Notes under the pieces: generated by a model
The model's database searches: none
Told to the model about the DNA's origin: nothing
Seen by the model: only the letters and a program-made list of their open reading frames with translations
Assembly (NCBI GenBank): GCA_016290715.1
Contig: JAEEUY010000094.1
Location: 1 to 36,595 of the forward strand
Length of the DNA: 36,595 bases
Reading direction: 5' to 3'
Source of the DNA: Bacteroidales bacterium
Lineage (GTDB): Bacteria > Bacteroidota > Bacteroidia > Bacteroidales > WCHB1-69
Program-made: the position numbers and the translations under genes
Part shown: positions 1 through 8,218 of the stretch, piece after piece
Layout: the number at the start of each line of letters is the position of its first letter
Position numbering within the stretch: the stretch's first letter is position 1

Positions 1-219
1 AAGGCTATCGAGGATCTGGCTTCCAATAAGGAAACGATGATGCAAGCCGACAGGGCATACAATATTGTAAAAAAGCAGTTCGAGGTTGGAATGGCTACAT
101 GGTTGGATTTGAATTCAGCTGAATTGGCACTTACCCAATCCCGATTGTTATACAATCAATCGGTATATAATTTTCTGACTGCCAAAGCAGAACTTGATTC
201 GGTTTTAGGAAATGAGTAA
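1..219 (+). CDS. TolC-family outer membrane efflux protein, C-terminal part (5' truncated by window)
   Basis: Frame is open from base 1. The sequence AYNIVKKQFEVGMATWLDLNSAELALTQSRLLYNQSVYNFLTAKAELD is a typical OEP C-terminal repeat, and the gene sits directly upstream of an efflux adaptor. Confidence 0.88.
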   Translation, partial: KAIEDLASNKETMMQADRAYNIVKKQFEVGMATWLDLNSAELALTQSRLLYNQSVYNFLTAKAELDSVLGNE

Positions 220-242
220 AGTAAATATATAAGTAAAAAGTA

Positions 243-1265
243 ATGGAAATGAGAAAGTTACAAGTGGGATTATTTTTTGTGTTGATGACTTTGATGGTGG
301 TTTCCTGTAATAAAAAACAAGAAAATGCAGAAGTTAAAAATGTAGAGGAAAAACCAAAAATTAAAGTTGAACAGGTTGAAGCTCAGGATGTTGAACAATT
401 ATATGAATACACTGCCATCGTTCAGGCGGAAGCGGTGAACAATATTGCCCCGACCATTGCCGGCCGCATCGAAAAGATTTTTGTGGAAGTGGGCGATCGG
501 GTAAAACAAGGACAGAAACTGGTGCAGATGGATGCCAGTAATCTGACACAGACCAAAACCCAATTGGATAATTTGGAAGTTAATTTTAAACGTATAGATG
601 AGTTGTATAAGGTTGGTGGAGTTTCAAAAGCCGAGTGGGACGCACAGAAAACGCAACTGGAGGTTACCCGCACCTCTTATCAGAATTTATTGACCAATAC
701 GCAATTGTTAAGCCCGCTGACAGGAGTGGTAACGATGCGTAATTACGATAGCGGCGACATATATACGGGCAATCCGGTTTTGCAAATCCAGCAGATTTCC
801 CCTGTTAAAATGAATATCAATGTTTCTGAAAACCAATTTACGAAAGTGAAAGCGGGGATGAGTGCGAAGGTTAGATTGGAAGTGTTTGATGGAGAAGAAT
901 TTAATGGTAAAGTTACGTTGGTCTATCCGACCATTGATGCTCGTACCCATACGTTTCCGGTAGAGGTGAGTTTGCCTAATGCCAACGGGAAAGTGCGTCC
1001 GGGAATGTATGCTCGGGTTACTATGAATTATGGCACTGTGAAACATGTGGTGGTTCCTGATAACGCCATCATTAAGCAACAAGGTTCGGGGGATCGTTTT
1101 GTATATATATATAAGGATGGGAAGGTTGCATACAAAAAAGTTGAGTTGGGCCGACGTATGGGAGATAAGTATGAACTTATTTCTGGCGTAGAAGATGGGG
1201 ATATGGTTGTGGTGGTAGGCTATACCAAATTGAAAGACGGAATGGAAGTGCAAGTGATAGAATAG
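243..1265 (+). CDS. Efflux RND transporter periplasmic adaptor (membrane fusion protein), probable lipoprotein
   Basis: Lipobox-like LMVVS-C. Lipoyl-like halves (GRIEKIFVEVGDRVKQGQKLV and LLSPLTGVV) flank a helical hairpin. Also RPGMYARV and VELGRR...ISGVEDGDMVVV. Confidence 0.92.
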   Translation: MEMRKLQVGLFFVLMTLMVVSCNKKQENAEVKNVEEKPKIKVEQVEAQDVEQLYEYTAIVQAEAVNNIAPTIAGRIEKIFVEVGDRVKQGQKLVQMDASNLTQTKTQLDNLEVNFKRIDELYKVGGVSKAEWDAQKTQLEVTRTSYQNLLTNTQLLSPLTGVVTMRNYDSGDIYTGNPVLQIQQISPVKMNINVSENQFTKVKAGMSAKVRLEVFDGEEFNGKVTLVYPTIDARTHTFPVEVSLPNANGKVRPGMYARVTMNYGTVKHVVVPDNAIIKQQGSGDRFVYIYKDGKVAYKKVELGRRMGDKYELISGVEDGDMVVVVGYTKLKDGMEVQVIE

Positions 1266-1288
1266 TTTATATCTAGTAAAATAGGATG

Positions 1289-1329
1289 ATGGGAGGAAAA
1301 TCGCAAGGTCGTTTCTCCCATTTTTTTTT
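1289..1329 (+). terminator. Rho-independent terminator after the efflux adaptor gene
   Basis: ATGGGAG...CTCCCAT stem followed by a T run (1321-1329). Confidence 0.75.
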
Positions 1330-1447
1330 GTGTAAAAAAAATAGCGGAGCACTTCTGTCAAATAATAAATGATACTGCTTTAAGAATCAATTTTTTACAG
1401 TTGAAAAAAAATATTTGTGCAAGATTATTTTACAAAGATTTTTTTTG

Positions 1448-1455
1448 TACTTTTG
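1448..1455 (+). promoter_or_regulatory. Bacteroidota sigma70 -7 element for the rplM operon
   Basis: TACTTTTG matches TAnnTTTG, about 100 nt upstream of rplM. Confidence 0.7.
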
Positions 1456-1513
1456 CCGCCCGAAAACCGATTATTATCTTTTGGTTAGAAAAGGTAAAAA
1501 AAATTAAAAATTC

Positions 1514-1539
1514 GAGGCGTATGGGTGAAGATGCGTCTC
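1514..1539 (+). promoter_or_regulatory. Hairpin in the rplM 5' UTR, candidate ribosomal protein leader
   Basis: GAGGCGTAT/ATGCGTCTC forms a 9-bp stem (2 G-U pairs) with loop GGGTGAAG. It is a GC-rich island in an A-rich UTR and has no U tail. Confidence 0.45.
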
Positions 1540-1556
1540 ACAATTAAAAATTGAAA

Positions 1557-2012
1557 ATGAACACATTAAGTTACAAAACAATTTCGGCTAACGAAAAAAT
1601 CGTCAAGAAAGAATGGGTTGTCGTTGATGCAGAAAATGCTGTAGTAGGTCGTTTGGCTACCGTTGTGGCACGTATTTTGCGCGGTAAAACCAAGACTTAT
1701 TATACCCCTCATTTCGATTGTGGGGATAATGTTATTATTATCAACGCAGAAAAAATCAGATTCACGGGTAATAAGATGGAGGATAAAGTCTATACCAGAC
1801 ATACCGGTTATCCAGGTGGACAACGTTTCAGAACGCCCAAAGAAGTGTTGAAGAAAAATCCTATCGGTATTCTTGAACACGCGATTAGAGGCATGCTCCC
1901 TAAAAACAGATTAGGAGATAAATTATATCGTAACCTTTATGTTTACGCAGGTCCTGAACATCCACACGAAGGACAACAACCCAAAATGATTAACATTAAC
2001 GAAATTAAATAG
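1557..2012 (+). CDS. rplM: 50S ribosomal protein L13
   Basis: MNTLSYKT, WVVVDA, GRLA, YTPHFDCGDNVIIINA, HTGYPGG, GMLPKNRLG. ATG at 1557 is preferred over TTG at 1551. Confidence 0.98.
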   Translation: MNTLSYKTISANEKIVKKEWVVVDAENAVVGRLATVVARILRGKTKTYYTPHFDCGDNVIIINAEKIRFTGNKMEDKVYTRHTGYPGGQRFRTPKEVLKKNPIGILEHAIRGMLPKNRLGDKLYRNLYVYAGPEHPHEGQQPKMININEIK

Positions 2013-2017
2013 TAAAA

Positions 2018-2404
2018 ATGGAAGTTATTAATACACTCGGAAGAAGAAAAACCGCTGTCGCAAGAATTTATATGAAAAAAGGAAGCGGTCAAATCACGAT
2101 TAACGGCCGTGATTATAAAGAATATTTCCCATTGGCTACAACACAATATGTTGTGGTACAACCTCTTCAAATTGCTAACGCAGAAGGTCAATACGATATC
2201 AAAGTGAATCTTGATGGCGGTGGTATCTCCGGGCAAGCTGAAGCGCTCAGTCTGGCTATCTCAAGAGCTTTGGTGGAAATGTTCCCGGATGTGCGTCCAG
2301 CGTTGAAAGTAAAAGGCTTGCTCCGCCGTGACCCACGTATGGTTGAACGTAAAAAACCTGGTCAACCTAAAGCCCGTAAAAGATTCCAATTCAGCAAACG
2401 TTAG
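2018..2404 (+). CDS. rpsI: 30S ribosomal protein S9
   Basis: GRRKTAVAR, GGGISGQAEA, RDPRMVERKKPG, and C-terminal QFSKR. Confidence 0.99.
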   Translation: MEVINTLGRRKTAVARIYMKKGSGQITINGRDYKEYFPLATTQYVVVQPLQIANAEGQYDIKVNLDGGGISGQAEALSLAISRALVEMFPDVRPALKVKGLLRRDPRMVERKKPGQPKARKRFQFSKR

Positions 2405-2433
2405 TATTCGGGATTTAATAAAAGGAAATTATA

Positions 2434-2498
2434 GTTTAGTATCGAAATTGTTGAGACTTCTTCGGAACTACTTAACAATTGATTTTAAGAATGTAAAC
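2434..2498 (+). promoter_or_regulatory. Structured rpsB leader (candidate S2 autoregulatory RNA)
   Basis: Nested pairings GTTTA/TAAAC, ATC/GAT, AATTGTTGAG/CTTAACAATT and TTC/GAA close a C(UUCG)G tetraloop. The structure ends 10 nt before the rpsB ATG. Confidence 0.55.
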
Positions 2499-2508
2499 AA
2501 ATAAAAAA

Positions 2509-3393
2509 ATGACAAACGTAACTTTTGAACAATTATTAGACGCAGGGTGCCACTTTGGTCACTTGAAAAGAAAATGGAACCCTAAAATGGCTCCTTACAT
2601 TTTTATGGAAAAAAATGGTATTCATATCATTGACTTGCATAGAACTGTAGAAAAATTGGACGAAGCATGTGCCGCTGCAAAACAAATCGCTAAATCTGGC
2701 AGAAAAATCTTATTCGTTGCCACTAAAAAACAAGCCAAAGATACGGTAGCAGAATTAGTTAAATCTGTAGAAATGCCATACGTAACGGAACGTTGGCCTG
2801 GCGGTATGTTAACCAACTTCTTCACCATCCGTAAAGCCGTTAAAAAAATGAGCGACCTTGAAAAACTGATCGAAGGTTCTCAATTTAGCAACCTCTCCAA
2901 AAGAGAAAAACTTCAAATCCAACGTGAAAAAGCAAAATTGGAAAAGAACTTGGGTTCCATCAAAGATTTGCAAAGACTTCCAGCTGCTGTTTTTATCGTT
3001 GATATTTTGAAAGAACATATTGCTGTAGCAGAAGCTCATCGCTTGAATATCCCTACTTTTGCTATCGTGGATACCAATTCTAACCCTAACCTCGTTGATT
3101 TCCCTATCCCCGCTAACGACGATGCTTCTAAATCCATCTCTGTTATCGTAAAGGCAATCTGTGATGCCATCGCTGAAGGGCTTGCTGAAAGAAAATACGA
3201 TAAAGAAAATAATGTAGTGGAAGAAGAAGCGGAAGAAGGTGAAAACTTCACTCAGGTGGAAGAAGAAGAGGAAGTGGAAACCAACACCAAAGAAGGTGGC
3301 CGCGTTAGAAAAGTAAAAGACGTTACTAACGACGAAGCTACCGATGGACGTAGAAAAAGAACCAAAATCTCTTCCAAACCCGCTACAAAATAG
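2509..3393 (+). CDS. rpsB: 30S ribosomal protein S2
   Basis: AGCHFGH, WNPKMAPYIF, RWPGGMLTNF, IVDTNSNP, PIPANDDA. Lies upstream of tsf. Confidence 0.99.
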   Translation: MTNVTFEQLLDAGCHFGHLKRKWNPKMAPYIFMEKNGIHIIDLHRTVEKLDEACAAAKQIAKSGRKILFVATKKQAKDTVAELVKSVEMPYVTERWPGGMLTNFFTIRKAVKKMSDLEKLIEGSQFSNLSKREKLQIQREKAKLEKNLGSIKDLQRLPAAVFIVDILKEHIAVAEAHRLNIPTFAIVDTNSNPNLVDFPIPANDDASKSISVIVKAICDAIAEGLAERKYDKENNVVEEEAEEGENFTQVEEEEEVETNTKEGGRVRKVKDVTNDEATDGRRKRTKISSKPATK

Positions 3394-3430
3394 TTATAAT
3401 TAAGTATAAATTTTTAAAATACATATCATT

Positions 3431-4264
3431 ATGGTAAAAATTTCTGCAGCAGAAGTCAACAGACTTAAAATCGCTACCGGTATCGGTATGATGGACTGCA
3501 AAAACGCTTTGGTAGAAGCCGAAGGTGATTTCGAAAAAGCAATTGATATTTTGAGAAAAAAAGGTCAAAAAGTAGCCGCTAAACGCGCTGACCGCTTGGC
3601 TAACGAAGGTCGTACGATTGCAAAAGTAAATGCTGATGCAACCAAAGGTTACGTGATGGTTCTGAGTTGCGAAACCGACTTCGTGGGTAAAAATGCTGAT
3701 TTCGTTGCCCTTAGCGAAAAATTGATCAACGAAGCAATGGCAAAAGATATCAAAACACGCGACGAATTTTTAGCTCACTCATTCGACGGTATGACCGTTC
3801 CTGAACATCTTCTTGAAATGACAGGCAGAACGGGTGAAAAAATTGAACTTCCTGAATATAAGGTATTGGAAGCTACGCATGTTTGCGCATACAACCACAA
3901 CGGAAACCACATCTCTACTTTGGCTGGCTTTAACCTCGCTGGCGAAAAAGTAGAAGAAGCCGGTCACGAAGTGGCTTTGCAAATCGCTGCCATGAGCCCT
4001 CGCTACTTGAACGCGGAATCTGTTCCTCAAGCTGATATCGATCATGAACTTGAAATCGCTAAAGAAGCTATCCGTCAAGAAGGCAAACCAGAAAATATGG
4101 TTGAAAAAATTGCCATGGGTAAGTTGAATAAATTCTATAAAGAGACTACTTTGCTCGGACAAGAATATATTAGCGATAATAAAATGTCGGTAGCCGAATT
4201 TTTGAAAAAAGCAGATGCCAACCTCACTTGTGTTGCTTTTGAACGCGTGCAAATTGGTGGATAG
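3431..4264 (+). CDS. tsf: Elongation factor Ts
   Basis: GMMDCKNAL, CETDFV, KPENMVEKIAMGKL. Follows rpsB. Confidence 0.98.
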   Translation: MVKISAAEVNRLKIATGIGMMDCKNALVEAEGDFEKAIDILRKKGQKVAAKRADRLANEGRTIAKVNADATKGYVMVLSCETDFVGKNADFVALSEKLINEAMAKDIKTRDEFLAHSFDGMTVPEHLLEMTGRTGEKIELPEYKVLEATHVCAYNHNGNHISTLAGFNLAGEKVEEAGHEVALQIAAMSPRYLNAESVPQADIDHELEIAKEAIRQEGKPENMVEKIAMGKLNKFYKETTLLGQEYISDNKMSVAEFLKKADANLTCVAFERVQIGG

Positions 4265-4283
4265 TCGTTTGCTGATGAATATG

Positions 4284-4313
4284 AAAAGGGAATCTTCGGG
4301 TTCCCTTTTTTTT
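4284..4313 (+). terminator. Rho-independent terminator after tsf
   Basis: AAAAGGGAATC-TTCG-GGTTCCCTTTT hairpin followed by a T run. Confidence 0.88.
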
Positions 4314-4349
4314 GTTTTTATGAACGCAAAAATAAAAACATGCTTCTTG

Positions 4350-4380
4350 TTTGTCATTTGAAAAAGATAATGTATCTTTG
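4350..4380 (+). promoter_or_regulatory. Bacteroidota sigma70 promoter (-33/-7) for the ftsX operon
   Basis: TTTG (4350-4353), a 19-nt spacer, then TATCTTTG (4373-4380). Confidence 0.75.
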
Positions 4381-4419
4381 CACGCTTAAAGGTAGGCTTA
4401 TTCATTAAATTTTTACGAA

Positions 4420-5313
4420 ATGGGTAAATATCCAGAATCTATTGACAGAATTACAAAGGCACGGCTGGCATTTTCTGCAGTCGGCTCTGTGGTAGCCATA
4501 GCTTTAACGATGTTCTTTATTGGCGTTTTGGTTTTCTTGGCTTTCTTTTCAACCCAATTTATCCGCGATATTTCAAAGAAATTTGAAATGGAAATACTCT
4601 TCTATTCCCAAGATGCCAATGTGAAAGAAGCCGATATTATCGCGTATGAGCAAACGCTAAAATTGCAGCCTTTTGTAGAGACTTCCCGCGTATCTTCCCA
4701 AAAAGAGAATACGGAAGAGGCTAAAAAAGCGGTCGGAAGTAACTACGAAGAGGTCATCCCGAATCCTATCAATGCCTCTATTGTACTGACCGTTAAGCCG
4801 GAATATGCGAGTGCTGACTCCATCGCCAAGGTAACACAGGAAATCAAGAAGAATCCGCAAGTGCAAGATGTGGAATATCCCGATTATATTTTGCAGATGA
4901 TCCAAGATAACTTTAAGCGTGTGCAATGGATCGTCTTTGGATTCTGCGCTTTCTTTATGTTTATCTCTTTAATGCTGATAGCCAACTCATTGCGTTTGAA
5001 TATTTATTCTAAACGATTTAATATCAAAAGTTTATTACTCATCGGCGCAACCCGTCGATTTGTTCGCAAACCTTTCGTGTTCAAAGGTTTTGTTCAAGGA
5101 ACATGGGGCGGATTTATTGCCGTTGTACTCTTGGCGGCACTTTTGTATGCAGCCCATTGCTATGTTCCGGAATTTGTGGATTTGTCTCAAGTTACGATGA
5201 TTGCCTATATTCTTACAGGCATTTTTATCTTTAGTGTTCTCTTTACGGTTATATCTTCACATCTATTTGTAAATAAATACATTAAAATTAATTCAGACAG
5301 ATTATATTTATAA
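4420..5313 (+). CDS. ftsX: Cell division permease-like protein FtsX
   Basis: N-terminal TM, periplasmic domain with NPINASI, then LIANSLRLNIYSKRFNI..LLIGAT..FVRKPF and three further TMs. Followed by DUF3098-uppP as is usual in Bacteroidota. Confidence 0.9.
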   Translation: MGKYPESIDRITKARLAFSAVGSVVAIALTMFFIGVLVFLAFFSTQFIRDISKKFEMEILFYSQDANVKEADIIAYEQTLKLQPFVETSRVSSQKENTEEAKKAVGSNYEEVIPNPINASIVLTVKPEYASADSIAKVTQEIKKNPQVQDVEYPDYILQMIQDNFKRVQWIVFGFCAFFMFISLMLIANSLRLNIYSKRFNIKSLLLIGATRRFVRKPFVFKGFVQGTWGGFIAVVLLAALLYAAHCYVPEFVDLSQVTMIAYILTGIFIFSVLFTVISSHLFVNKYIKINSDRLYL

Positions 5314-5316
5314 ATT

Positions 5317-5637
5317 ATGGCACAAGTTATTCAAACTGAGAAAAAAAGCACTCCTGTTTACGGAAACAAAAAACAAAAAAAATCTATTCCTCTTTTTGGA
5401 ATGGTGAACTATATACTCATGGTTGTCGGAGTCGTTGTTTTGTTTATTGGTTACATCACTTTGATGGGTGGCGGCACGGATAATCCAACAGAATTTAGTG
5501 AGGCTATTTTCAGTTCCCGGCGTATGGTGGCGGCTCCTATTTTAATGTTGTTGGGTCTGGTGATAGAAATTTTCGCAATTATGTATCACCCAAGAGCTAA
5601 AAAGGAAGAAGCCCCTAACAAGCCCCAAGCCGAATAG
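5317..5637 (+). CDS. DUF3098-family small membrane protein
   Basis: Two TMs with NYILM..G...IGY.LMGGG...F...IFS.RR..AP. Position between ftsX and uppP. Confidence 0.85.
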   Translation: MAQVIQTEKKSTPVYGNKKQKKSIPLFGMVNYILMVVGVVVLFIGYITLMGGGTDNPTEFSEAIFSSRRMVAAPILMLLGLVIEIFAIMYHPRAKKEEAPNKPQAE

Positions 5638-5639
5638 TA

Positions 5640-6434
5640 ATGGATTGGTTACAAGCAATTATTTTAGGCCTTATCCAAGGATTAACAGAATTTCTTCCTG
5701 TTAGCAGTAGTGGGCATTTAATTATTGGTAAAGAGATTTTGGGTATCGAAGCTACTGAAAATGTGGCTTTCGAAATTGTAGTGCATGCTGCTACGGTTTT
5801 AAGTACAATTACCATCCTATGGCGAGAGATAGTGCAACTATTCGCTCAATTTTTTAAATTTAAATGGAATGAAGAAACGCAATATATTTGCAAAATCCTC
5901 ATCTCGATGATTCCGGTTTTTGTCGTTGGCATATTTTTCAAAGATTATGTGGAGGGCTTTTTCGGACAGGGGATCTTGTTGGTGGGAATCATGTTGCTGG
6001 TTACCGCTTTGCTGCTCGCCTTAACTCATTTTGTGAAGTTTAAGGAATATAAGGAGGTTGGGTATGGGACAGCTTTTATTATTGGTTTGGCGCAGGCGGT
6101 GGCGGTTCTCCCCGGCTTGTCCCGTTCAGGTTCAACGATCGCCACAGGCTTGCTTTGCGGTGTGAAAAAAGAATCAGTGGCACAATTCTCTTTCTTAATG
6201 GTGATTATCCCGATATTGGGAGAATGTTTCCTGAGTTTGGTGGGTGGCGATTTTTCTGCTGATGTTACGGGAATATCTGCTGTTTCGCTTATCTGTGGTT
6301 TCATAGCCGCCTATGCTTCGGGGTTGCTCGCCTGCAAGTGGATGATTAGTCTTGTGAAAAAAGCCAATCTGATTTGGTTTGCCGTGTATTGTTTGATCGT
6401 GGGTATCGTCGCCATTGTATTTGGCTGTATATAA
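5640..6434 (+). CDS. uppP: Undecaprenyl-diphosphate phosphatase (BacA)
   Basis: QGLTEFLPVSSSGHL and PGLSRSGSTI motifs in a polytopic membrane protein. Confidence 0.97.
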   Translation: MDWLQAIILGLIQGLTEFLPVSSSGHLIIGKEILGIEATENVAFEIVVHAATVLSTITILWREIVQLFAQFFKFKWNEETQYICKILISMIPVFVVGIFFKDYVEGFFGQGILLVGIMLLVTALLLALTHFVKFKEYKEVGYGTAFIIGLAQAVAVLPGLSRSGSTIATGLLCGVKKESVAQFSFLMVIIPILGECFLSLVGGDFSADVTGISAVSLICGFIAAYASGLLACKWMISLVKKANLIWFAVYCLIVGIVAIVFGCI

Positions 6435-6448
6435 GATAATACGCTATC

Positions 6449-7234
6449 ATGAAAATCAAGGAAGTAATACAATTTTTAGAAACGAAATATCCTCTTGCTT
6501 GGCAGGAAGATTTTGATAATTGCGGGTTGCAGTGCGGAAATGCCGAACAAGAAATAACGGGGGTATTGGTTTGTTTTGAAATGTCGGATTACACCATTGA
6601 GGAGGCATTGAAAATGGGGGCTAATATGGTTATCTCCCATCATCCATTGATGTTGAAAAATGGAATCCGTCAGGTTGCTCCTGTCAATAGGGTAGGACGT
6701 ATTATTTGCAAAGCATTGGAAAATAGAATGGTTTTGTACGCTATGCACACCAATATGGATAGTGCGCCAACAGGAGTGAATACTTTTTTTGCTCAAAAAT
6801 TGAATTTGCAAAATGTCTCCGTATTGGCTCCCAATCCTGCTAATCTGGAAATAGGTCTGGGGCGTGTGGGTGATTTGGTTGAGCCTATGGAAGCCCTTCC
6901 TTTCCTTGCGTGGGTGAAAAAGACGATGGGGGTTAAGGTTTTGAAATATTTTGGAGATGAGGATAAGAAAATACGCAGAGTGGCCGTTTGTGGTGGCGGT
7001 GGGAGTTCTTTTATTCGTGATGCTATTGCTGCCGGTGCAGATGCCTATATCTCTGGTGATATCAAATACCACGATTTCCATGTGGCCGATCATCGCATGA
7101 TTATTGCCGACCTCGGTCATTTGGAAACAGAGCATTTTGTAAAAGAAATAATTTACAACGAATTAAAAGAAAATTTTACTAACTTTGCCGTTCATTTCTG
7201 TGAAAAGGAAATGATGCAGATAAAAGTTTTATAA
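6449..7234 (+). CDS. Nif3-like dinuclear metal centre protein (DUF34), short form
   Basis: DNCGLQ, ISHHP, HTNMD, VAVCGGGG, GDIKYH and GHLETE motifs. Confidence 0.93.
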   Translation: MKIKEVIQFLETKYPLAWQEDFDNCGLQCGNAEQEITGVLVCFEMSDYTIEEALKMGANMVISHHPLMLKNGIRQVAPVNRVGRIICKALENRMVLYAMHTNMDSAPTGVNTFFAQKLNLQNVSVLAPNPANLEIGLGRVGDLVEPMEALPFLAWVKKTMGVKVLKYFGDEDKKIRRVAVCGGGGSSFIRDAIAAGADAYISGDIKYHDFHVADHRMIIADLGHLETEHFVKEIIYNELKENFTNFAVHFCEKEMMQIKVL

Positions 7235-7265
7235 TATTGATAATCAATATAATATAAATATTATT

Positions 7266-8135
7266 ATGGCTAAAAAGAAAGTCACTGAAGAACAAGTTTC
7301 CTCCGAAATTAAAAAGAAAAAATCAGCAGCACCTGTTATTATTGAGCGTAAACAAGAAGAAACACCCGATCAAATTCAAGAGGAAATTACGATTGCGCAA
7401 AAGTTATTGTCGCTTTATTATTTGCAGCAAATTTACTCCAAAATAGATAATATCCGTTTTGAACGTGGAGAATTACCCAACGAAGTCCGTGATTTGGAAG
7501 ATGCCGTAGAAGGTTTGAAAACGCGTATCGCCAAATTCAATGATGAAATAGAAAATCTGCAGAGAAAGATTTCGGATGAAAACAACAAGATTACAGAATC
7601 TCAAAGTTTGATAAAACGTTATGAAGAACAGCAGCAGAATGTTCGTAATAACCGTGAATATGATTCCTTGTCAAAAGAAATTGAATACCAAACATTGGAA
7701 ATCCAATTGTCTGAAAAGAATAAAGGGAAATATACCATTGCAGTAGAGGCCAAAAATGAGGAGATTCGCGAATCAGAGGAAAAATCAAAAGAGTTAACAG
7801 AGATTTTAAATCAAAAGAAAGGCGAACTCGATTCTATCATCGCTGAAACAGAAAAAGAAGAGGCTGCTTTATTGGAACAAGCAGAAATATATAGAGCTAA
7901 GATTGAACCCCGTCTTTTAACCGCTTTTGAACGCATTCGTAAAAATGCCCGTAATGGTTTGGGTATCGTTCAAATCGAACGTGATGCTTGCGGCGGTTGC
8001 TTCAGCACCATTCCGCCCCAACGTCAGTTGGATATCCGCTTGCATAAGAAAATTATCGTTTGCGAAGCTTGCGGCCGTATATTCATCGACAAACAACTGG
8101 TGGAAGAACATCAGTCAGAACAACAGAATAACTAA
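7266..8135 (+). CDS. Coiled-coil protein with C-terminal C4-type zinc ribbon (DUF164/CT398-like)
   Basis: Long coiled coil with NNREYDSLSKEIE, then CGGC...CEACGRI. Usual partner of Nif3. Confidence 0.9.
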   Translation: MAKKKVTEEQVSSEIKKKKSAAPVIIERKQEETPDQIQEEITIAQKLLSLYYLQQIYSKIDNIRFERGELPNEVRDLEDAVEGLKTRIAKFNDEIENLQRKISDENNKITESQSLIKRYEEQQQNVRNNREYDSLSKEIEYQTLEIQLSEKNKGKYTIAVEAKNEEIRESEEKSKELTEILNQKKGELDSIIAETEKEEAALLEQAEIYRAKIEPRLLTAFERIRKNARNGLGIVQIERDACGGCFSTIPPQRQLDIRLHKKIIVCEACGRIFIDKQLVEEHQSEQQNN

Positions 8136-8154
8136 TTCTTGTTACAGCATAATG

Positions 8155-8185
8155 AAAAACGCAGCCCAAAAGGTTGCGTTTTTTT
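8155..8185. terminator. Bidirectional intrinsic terminator between convergent genes
   Basis: AAAAACGCAGCC-CAAAA-GGTTGCGTTTTT, with A and T runs on either side. Confidence 0.8.
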
Positions 8186-8218
8186 CAAGGCAATGAGTTT
8201 GGCAGATAGCAATAAATT

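Noticed and set aside
708-1361. Long antisense ORFs (also 3779-4405, 6476-7135, 10106-10783, 35876-36316)
   Set aside because: These are shadows of well-supported genes on the opposite strand, with no recognisable motifs.
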